Positions 57,225 to 64,000 of a stretch of 64,000 nt of DNA are shown piece after piece. Origin of the DNA: Promethearchaeota archaeon (GTDB lineage: Archaea; Asgardarchaeota; Lokiarchaeia; Sigyniarchaeales; SOKP01). The notes below the pieces were generated by a model. The model was not told where the DNA came from, ran no database searches, and was given only the letters and a program-made list of their open reading frames with translations. The stretch is taken from positions 256,001 to 320,000 of the forward strand of contig JBHLOY010000002.1 of the NCBI GenBank assembly GCA_048939995.1. The letters are read 5' to 3'. Made by a program: the position numbers and the translations under genes. How positions within the stretch are numbered: position 1 is the stretch's first letter; each line of letters begins with the position of its first letter.

Positions 57225-57630
57225 CGAAACTTTTTTAGAGCATAAATTATCATCTTCTAATTATTAAATGATCTTTTGATTTCTTAAAAAATTAGGAGTC
57301 CAATCCTTAGAGTTAAGTAGCTCTCAAATTAATTCTAAACAGAGAGAGATAAGGAACTATAATATAAATAATTGGATTATTATTATAACGACAAAAAAGA
57401 TTTATAACCCAATTTGAGATGACTTCTTTGGGAGTTCCCTAAACTCTAATTTGAGCCAATATTTCTCAGACAAACGGATTAAGATGCTTATATTAAAAGT
57501 CCTTTTTTTCCTATTACTAATTAGAAAAACTATTATACAGAATAGGTTTAAATAGAAAAAATTTGATTATAAGGTTAGTCCGTTAATAAACCTTCTCAGA
57601 ATTCTATTTCGAGGTAGCCAGAGGAGACCT

Positions 57631-57888
57631 ATGAGTCTAAATTTTGATGATTATAGGGCAATTAAGAAGGAGTTTAAGCAGAAACTGCGTTGGTTTGAAG
57701 AGGAATTTGAATTAATTTTCAAAAATAAGACGCATAACTATTCTAAAGATGACATTAAACTTGCAAACGAGATTTTGGATAGACTCTCTGAAACTATTAA
57801 TGAATATCGAGATGAGAAGTTATTATATCATCTAGTCTCAACCTTAAATAATATTGAAAGAAATCATCCCGAATTTTTCCAGAAATAA
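57631..57888 (+). CDS. Small helical hypothetical protein
   Basis: 85-aa ORF preceded by GAGGAG. Confidence 0.7.
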   Translation: MSLNFDDYRAIKKEFKQKLRWFEEEFELIFKNKTHNYSKDDIKLANEILDRLSETINEYRDEKLLYHLVSTLNNIERNHPEFFQK

Positions 57889-57889
57889 A

Positions 57890-58282
57890 TTAGAAAAAAG
57901 GTCCAAACTTCTTATAAATTCTGATTAGATTCTCTTGATAAAACTGAATCCTTTCATCATCAGGATTTAATTCTTTTGCTTTCTGCATAGTTTTTTCTGC
58001 TAAAATATGGTCTCCCTTATCTAAATAAGTAATAGTTAATAAGCCCCACGCTTCAAGTGAAGAGTGATTAAATTCAATAGCTCTTTTGAAGCAAACAATA
58101 GCATCACTCAAATTACCAACACGCCGTTTAGCTATACCTAATAAAAGCCAAGCATCATTATTTGATGGGTTTTCATCTAAGAACTTATTAAGATATTTGA
58201 TCGCTTTAAAATTTTTGTTCTTAAGTAAAAATTCATTAATTTGGGTGAGTGGGCTTTCTAATTCGGAGATATTGAACTGCAT
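57890..58282 (-). CDS. TPR-repeat protein
   Basis: AWLLLGIA...AIVCFKRAIEFN; AWGLL...KAKELNP. Confidence 0.85.
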   Translation of the reverse strand: MQFNISELESPLTQINEFLLKNKNFKAIKYLNKFLDENPSNNDAWLLLGIAKRRVGNLSDAIVCFKRAIEFNHSSLEAWGLLTITYLDKGDHILAEKTMQKAKELNPDDERIQFYQENLIRIYKKFGPFF

Positions 58283-58698
58283 AATTCTTTAGCTATTATA
58301 ATTCTACTATATTAATTATCTATGTTCCTTTATATAATTTTAACTTTTTTGAAAAATATTCTTTTAAAAAACAACTAAAGAATAAAATATCATAAATAAC
58401 TCTTGATCCTTCGAGATTATCAATAAATTTAACGTGTTTTTTTATTTTCCTATTTTTCAGATTAAAAATTAGAAAATTAAGCACACATCCATGTAATAAA
58501 GTAATTTTGAAATTAGCTCTGTAACATATCTTAAGTTTCACGAACATTCATGTTAAACAATAAATTTTAAATACTTATAAAAAGTAATCTTAACTAGTTC
58601 AAAATAACGCTTTTGATTAACTTAAAAAATAGTTTATTCGTAATTCTTATAATTACTCAAAGCAAATTATTGCTAATAATTAGGAAATAAAGATTAAT

Positions 58699-59955
58699 TT
58701 GGCATCAAATAGCTTAAGTCAAGAGAGTAAAGAAATCATCGATGTTGATGAATTTCTTGATAAGTATCAGTATATATCAAATCTAGATCTTAAACATATA
58801 CTAAATCTTGATTTTGAGCTTGATTATTATTATAAATCTAAAAAAGTATGTCCAATAATAGAATTAGCTAAACCTGAAGATGCAAAAGAAATTGTAAGTA
58901 TTTTCAACGAAATTTATAGAGGAAATTACCCTTATAAGCAAATGGAAGATATTGATTCTATAAGAAGGATGATTACTCATTCAAATTATTATTGGTTTGT
59001 ATTTAAGTTAAAATCGAAAGAAATTGTTGGTTGCTTTGGAGCAGATTTAGATTTGAATGAAAAGCGAGCATTCCTTCATGGTTTTAATATTAAAAAACAA
59101 TACCAAAAAACAACTGATATCTTTAAAGCATTTATTGGATGTATAATTTATTTATGGAGAGAATATCGAGACAAAATCTTTTTATGGTATGGAGAGATGC
59201 GAACTAATGAAGCCATCTCCCAATTTTTTACATCGTTAATTGGTATGAAACCCGTTGCATTTCTTCCTAATAAAGATATATTCTTTAATAAAATTGAATC
59301 TGATGTTTTGCACATTATATTTAATAAAGCAGTACTGAAACAATATCGATTCAAAGAAAAACCTAAAATAATTAGACAAGTTTTAAATTGTTATAGTTAT
59401 ACAAATAAAAGATATGATCTTGATTTACCTCATATTGAAAATCCAAAGATCAATTTAAACAGAAAAGAGATCGAATTAATTAAATCATCAGTTTCTACTG
59501 AAATTAAAGAAGATACTTTTGGAAATCAAGAAGTAAAATTTTTTCTGAAAAAGAATTCCTCATTTTTTGAATTTTTCTATAATATTTATAGTAAAAATAT
59601 TGAAAATACGAAATATACGGTTCATTCTTTAGAAGAATTATTTGTTTTTATTGAAAAGGTTAAAATCTTTATTGATTCAATGAATATAAATTATTTCGAA
59701 TGTTATGTCTCAGCATATTTCCCTGAACATCAAAAATTGTTTAATGATGCTGGATTTAAACCCAGAGGGTATGTGCCTTGTTGGAAATTTCATGAATCTG
59801 AAAATTATTTTGAAGATCAAATTATTTTTAATTCTTTTAATGGATCGATTGACGAGAACATAAAGCTAATTCCAGAAGCAATTGATTTAATTCAAACTTT
59901 AAACCTTTCTAAAGATAAACAAATTCAAGATTCTTTGAAGATAAATATTTTTTAA
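58699..59955 (+). CDS. Putative GNAT-fold acyltransferase-like protein
   Basis: ELAKPEDA.EI...Y..NYPY, WFV..EIVGC, IKKQYQK, GMKPVAFLP, C-terminal GFKPRGYVP. Confidence 0.6.
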   Translation: MASNSLSQESKEIIDVDEFLDKYQYISNLDLKHILNLDFELDYYYKSKKVCPIIELAKPEDAKEIVSIFNEIYRGNYPYKQMEDIDSIRRMITHSNYYWFVFKLKSKEIVGCFGADLDLNEKRAFLHGFNIKKQYQKTTDIFKAFIGCIIYLWREYRDKIFLWYGEMRTNEAISQFFTSLIGMKPVAFLPNKDIFFNKIESDVLHIIFNKAVLKQYRFKEKPKIIRQVLNCYSYTNKRYDLDLPHIENPKINLNRKEIELIKSSVSTEIKEDTFGNQEVKFFLKKNSSFFEFFYNIYSKNIENTKYTVHSLEELFVFIEKVKIFIDSMNINYFECYVSAYFPEHQKLFNDAGFKPRGYVPCWKFHESENYFEDQIIFNSFNGSIDENIKLIPEAIDLIQTLNLSKDKQIQDSLKINIF

Positions 59956-60033
59956 TTTCCATTAAATAAATTTATTTTTTACAATTTTCTAAGGATCTAA
60001 TTAAAAGATATAATTATTTAGACAGAATAACCT

Positions 60034-60876
60034 ATGGTCAAAGAAAAACTTAAGAATTGGAAGCAATCTTATTGGAATCAAATATCCAGAAATATTGGAT
60101 TAATCAATATAGAGGATCAAGAGATTCTACGTAAAACAAATATCGCAGTTTTTGGTTTAGGTGGACTAGGTGGTCCTTTAGTTGAACAATTAGTTCGAAG
60201 TGGATGTGAAAATCTCTTAATATGTGATAATGATAAATTTGAACCTTCTAATCTTAATCGTCAATTGTGTACTAAAAAAGATATTGGAAAGTATAAAGTG
60301 GATGTTATAGAGGTTTTTCTTAAATCTATAAATCCTGATCAAAAGTTAAAAAAAGTTAGAGAAGTCAATGGAACCAATTTAGAAACGATTTTAAATAATA
60401 TAGCAATTACAGTTTTAACTCTAGATGACCCAATTACTTCAATCTTAATTGCTAGACAATGTTGCAAGAATAAGATACCTCTATTGGAATCGTGGGCTAT
60501 TCCCTATCTTTTTGCATTGTGGTTTACGGAGAAGAGTGCAGAATATGAAAGTTTTTATGGATTTAAGACACAGAACATGTCTATTCAAGAATTAATTAAA
60601 TCTAAAGATGTTTTATTAGAGATTAAAATAAATTTTTTGAAAAAACTTACCCAATTTCCTGGAATAAAAGAAAGATATAATCGAGAGGAAGGTGCATACG
60701 AAGCTCTCTTAGCAGGAAAAATTCCATTAGTTTCTTTTGCCCCAATTGTGAGAATAACTGCATCATATCTCGCATTTGAGGTAATTTTCACAGGTATTTT
60801 GAAGATCAAAAAAATGAATTTAGCTCCAAATATTATTGGCTATGATTATTTCAATATGAGCCCCATAAATCTATGA
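60034..60876 (+). CDS. ThiF/MoeB/HesA-family (E1-like) adenylyltransferase
   Basis: SRNIG, GLGGLG, DNDKFEPSNLNRQ, IGKYK, INP; no C-terminal CxxC zinc pairs. Confidence 0.88.
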   Translation: MVKEKLKNWKQSYWNQISRNIGLINIEDQEILRKTNIAVFGLGGLGGPLVEQLVRSGCENLLICDNDKFEPSNLNRQLCTKKDIGKYKVDVIEVFLKSINPDQKLKKVREVNGTNLETILNNIAITVLTLDDPITSILIARQCCKNKIPLLESWAIPYLFALWFTEKSAEYESFYGFKTQNMSIQELIKSKDVLLEIKINFLKKLTQFPGIKERYNREEGAYEALLAGKIPLVSFAPIVRITASYLAFEVIFTGILKIKKMNLAPNIIGYDYFNMSPINL

Positions 60877-60893
60877 AACGAGTTCATTAAATA

Positions 60894-61949
60894 ATGCGAA
60901 TTGAAATTATATCTAAATCTGACGAAATTCTAAAATTTTTACATCTAGGCATTAATCTTCCAATTTTACCAAGTCTCCATAAATATATTTTAAAAGCTTT
61001 TGAGATTTTTAAACCAAATGCAATCTTTGTCAGAAAAGAAAAATCAGAATCTAATTCATCTATTTCGCTAATGAATGATGTATTGGGTATTTGCTTGGTT
61101 TTTAAGCACGAGGAATTCTTATTTTTTGGCTTTTTTGGTGCAAAAAATGATGATCCAATAATAATAGAATTATTAATTAAAAGCTTAATAAATTATGCTC
61201 AAAATGGGGATTATAAATATATAAGAGGTCCTATAAATATACCTGCAATAATTTATGGATATGGATTCTCAGTAGAAACAAATTTTGAAAAGCTAGATGT
61301 AAATATTAATGATTTATTTATTGCTTGTCCTGTAAGTGATCCATTCTACTATCAAAAATTTTTGAAAAATAGGTTCTATGAAAAGTATACGGAAGATTTT
61401 TATTACATGCCAGTGATTAAACTAGATCCATTTAAATTAAAATACGATTACAATGATTATGAAGTATTATTTCCAGGGAAAAAGAAAATATGGAATTATA
61501 TGAATGACGTTTTAATTTTACACCTTAAAAATATGCCAAAGGAATCATTAATTACTCCAAATTCACCTCAATATGCTAGTATTATCGCTGACTTTATATA
61601 TGATTTCGGTAAGCCTTGGATGATATGGTTGGTGAGGTATAAACCTACCAATAGCATTGTTGGAACAGCTCATATTGTACCAAATATATTTGGTGAGAGA
61701 GATAGTAAAGACAGATATAAAACAGCTTCTTTTCAACATGTTGTGATTGATAGGCAGCATCAAAGAAAAGGATTAGTATTTCTTCTTTATGGAATGGGAT
61801 CTTTAAAAGCACGAGATAAAAAGTCTGGAAACAATTTAAAATATGGTTTAGGAGTTGTTGCTTCAAACAATAGACCCTCAATCGCTTGGATAAAGAGATT
61901 GGGCGGGAAATTATTTAAACGTAGCATTATTTTAGAATATAAATTATAG
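60894..61949 (+). CDS. Tandem GNAT-fold (YghO-like) acyltransferase
   Basis: FFGFF, IRGPIN, YYQKF, VG...PN, VIDRQHQRKGL (acetyl-CoA motif A), NN.PS..I..LGG. Confidence 0.7.
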   Translation: MRIEIISKSDEILKFLHLGINLPILPSLHKYILKAFEIFKPNAIFVRKEKSESNSSISLMNDVLGICLVFKHEEFLFFGFFGAKNDDPIIIELLIKSLINYAQNGDYKYIRGPINIPAIIYGYGFSVETNFEKLDVNINDLFIACPVSDPFYYQKFLKNRFYEKYTEDFYYMPVIKLDPFKLKYDYNDYEVLFPGKKKIWNYMNDVLILHLKNMPKESLITPNSPQYASIIADFIYDFGKPWMIWLVRYKPTNSIVGTAHIVPNIFGERDSKDRYKTASFQHVVIDRQHQRKGLVFLLYGMGSLKARDKKSGNNLKYGLGVVASNNRPSIAWIKRLGGKLFKRSIILEYKL

Positions 61950-62130
61950 TTTACCTGTATCAAGAGATTAATACAGAATATTTTTTTTTAAAAAAATAAT
62001 CCCAAATTGTACAAAAGTTATTATTAAAAAAATAATATGTAAAAAAAGATATCTTTTAGTATCATAACATTTATTATATTTTAAATGGAAGAAAAATCAA
62101 TAATATCTTATTTATCGTTGGTTTTGTTGT

Positions 62131-62850
62131 ATGGTTTTATATCAAATTGAATGGGCTAGGTTTCTTCCAATTTTTATAGCTCAGCCTCTGGCAGCTATTT
62201 TATTCGTTACTTTAGCGATCAAGACTCTGATAAGAAAAAAAGATCAAGTTTCACTGAGTTTAGCTGCGTTTTATTTGATTTCAAGTTTCAGTTTAATTAT
62301 TAATCTAGTTTACTTAATACTAACTATATTTTTAGAAATTCAATTATTACTGTACTTTCTCTATTTCTTAACGGCTTATCTTTTGATTTTTTCTTCATTT
62401 TTTCTCATAAGTTTTTTAAGTTTACTCCTTAACATTGAGAGTAAATTCAATTCAAGAAAAAATTTAGCAATATTAATCGCTTATGCTATTGTTTGCCTTT
62501 TAATTTTGCTATATCCAGAAGGAATAACGCTAGATCCTTCTAATAATTGGAGACCAATATATAGTTTTGAATTTTTATTAATTATGTATGCTTTTTTTAC
62601 CTCAATTGTGTTTATTCCAACAATTGTTTTTTCTGTAAAGTTGTATAGAAGGTTTGAAGCAAAAAATTTGAAAAGAAAATTCAGGATCCTAATCATTGGG
62701 ATCATTGAAATGTTAACTCTGTTATATGGAACAGTACTTTTTAATACAACTATGAGTGTAATAATAAGAAATATGTGGGGAATATTATCTTTAATAATTT
62801 TAATAAGTTCAGCTTTACTAATTTATGTTGGAATTGGACTTAATCCCTAA
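62131..62850 (+). CDS. Seven-TM membrane protein of unknown function
   Basis: Seven hydrophobic segments; basic loop LKRKFR before TM6. Confidence 0.8.
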   Translation: MVLYQIEWARFLPIFIAQPLAAILFVTLAIKTLIRKKDQVSLSLAAFYLISSFSLIINLVYLILTIFLEIQLLLYFLYFLTAYLLIFSSFFLISFLSLLLNIESKFNSRKNLAILIAYAIVCLLILLYPEGITLDPSNNWRPIYSFEFLLIMYAFFTSIVFIPTIVFSVKLYRRFEAKNLKRKFRILIIGIIEMLTLLYGTVLFNTTMSVIIRNMWGILSLIILISSALLIYVGIGLNP

Positions 62851-62867
62851 ATTATTAAACATATAAA

Positions 62868-64000
62868 TTAAAGTACTGGTAAAGAAAAGTAGAAGGTGCT
62901 TCCTCTATTCCTTCCTTCAGATTCTACCCAAATTTTCCCACCATGTAATTCCACAATCTCTTTTGAAATGTAAAGACCTAACCCTGTTCCTTCGATTCCT
63001 ACATCCCATCCTTGACCGTATCGTTCAATTTTTCCAAATTGTTTAAATAGCTGCTTTTTTTCGGTTTCGGTTATGCCTATTCCATCATCTTTTATAGAAA
63101 TAATATAAAAATTGCTTTTTTTCGCAGTTTTAATTTCAATATTTCCATTTAAAGGTGTATATTTGATTGCGTTTATTAATAAGTTCGATACAACTTCATA
63201 AATCCGTTCTTTATCAAAAAAGGTGCTTAAATTTTTATTAATTTTCATTTCAATTTTCTGTTTTCTTAATTCTGCTGTTCCTTGTAATTGTTCTACACAA
63301 TACTTAATAAGGGTTGATAAATCCTCCTTAGATTTATTTAACTTCAATAATCCTTGGTCTAATTGTGAACTTTCTACAATAGAATTTATATAATTTTCGA
63401 GGCGTTTACTCCCTTCCTTGATCTCCTCCAAAATTGAAATAACTTCTCCATCTAATTTACTTTTATGAAGATTTAACAGTAGTTCAGTAAAGCCTTTAAT
63501 AGAAATAAGAGGAGTTTTTAATTCATGAGATGTTCTAGATAATAAATCTGTTTTTAACTTGTTGATCTCGCTTAACATTTTGTTTTGTTCTTCTAAATGC
63601 TGTTGTACTTCCCATCTTCTCTTTTCAATTTCAATTGCATCGCTAATTAAAAATAGAACTAACTTATCTTGATTGGTGAGTATGGGATTTGTCTTGTAAA
63701 GCACACATAATGCATCATTAAATTCTTCTCCCGATTTAATTAACTTACTATAACTTGCTTTGATTTTGTTTTTCTTAATTATTTCATCAGTTTTTGCATA
63801 GTCAGTTTCATCGATACTATAAGAGGTTTGAGGAAAATCATGACGCTCTCTGAATAACTCAAAAATAAATGGGTCGTTTCTTAATCCCTTATTAGAGTAA
63901 TTAAATATTTCTCCTTTAGATGATAATACTTTGTATTGAACTTCTTCTTCACTTCTAGTTCTATTAATGTAAAGAGCTAATGTACCATTTATTAATTTAT
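62868..64000 (-). CDS. Sensor histidine kinase (partial, N-terminus outside the window)
   Basis: SHELKTPL (H box), NLLINAIKY (N), DDGIG (G1), GTGLGL (G2), GSTF; frame checked open from 63704 to the window end. Confidence 0.92.
   Translation of the reverse strand, partial: KLINGTLALYINRTRSEEEVQYKVLSSKGEIFNYSNKGLRNDPFIFELFRERHDFPQTSYSIDETDYAKTDEIIKKNKIKASYSKLIKSGEEFNDALCVLYKTNPILTNQDKLVLFLISDAIEIEKRRWEVQQHLEEQNKMLSEINKLKTDLLSRTSHELKTPLISIKGFTELLLNLHKSKLDGEVISILEEIKEGSKRLENYINSIVESSQLDQGLLKLNKSKEDLSTLIKYCVEQLQGTAELRKQKIEMKINKNLSTFFDKERIYEVVSNLLINAIKYTPLNGNIEIKTAKKSNFYIISIKDDGIGITETEKKQLFKQFGKIERYGQGWDVGIEGTGLGLYISKEIVELHGGKIWVESEGRNRGSTFYFSLPVL

Noticed and set aside
58320-58547. 75-aa minus-strand ORF
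   Set aside because: Low-complexity AT-rich sequence in a divergent promoter region with no motifs.
60034-60876. Ubiquitin-system E1 (eukaryotic signature)
   Set aside because: No zinc motifs and no adjacent ubiquitin, E2, RING or JAB genes.
1-64000. rRNA, tRNA, transposases, integrases or proviral genes
   Set aside because: No GC-rich structured RNA segments or mobile-element motifs recognised by eye; a tRNAscan/Infernal run would be needed to exclude small RNAs.

Overview
AT-rich archaeal chromosomal segment. Gene content and protein style point to an anaerobic Asgard archaeon, most likely Lokiarchaeia (inferred, not proven). The window is dominated by C1 and electron-bifurcation metabolism: an fwdG-F-D-B-C cluster plus fdhD (no fwdA in the window), a stand-alone hdrB, korAB, an hdrD-like gene followed by a 1648-aa HdrA/GltD-like/HdrA/MvhD fusion, and a convergent hdrC-B-A-mvhD-flxC-B-A-like operon. 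Accessory features: (i) a radical SAM/SPASM + 86-aa ORF + methyltransferase-TPR + two DNRLRE/CBM96-like membrane paralogs; (ii) five tandem family-5 ABC solute-binding proteins with no permease or ATPase, a promoter-like motif at four sites and a chimeric gene remnant; (iii) a glycan-modification group whose deacetylase appears split at a T10 tract; (iv) a DapA-family aldolase fused to formaldehyde-activating enzyme (Fae), lacking the DHDPS substrate arginine, which is the most striking candidate for new biochemistry; (v) a GNAT-ThiF-GNAT trio; (vi) a LITAF-like zinc/membrane protein. I recognised no rRNA, tRNA, CRISPR array or transposase. All calls come from reading motifs by eye; no database searches were run.
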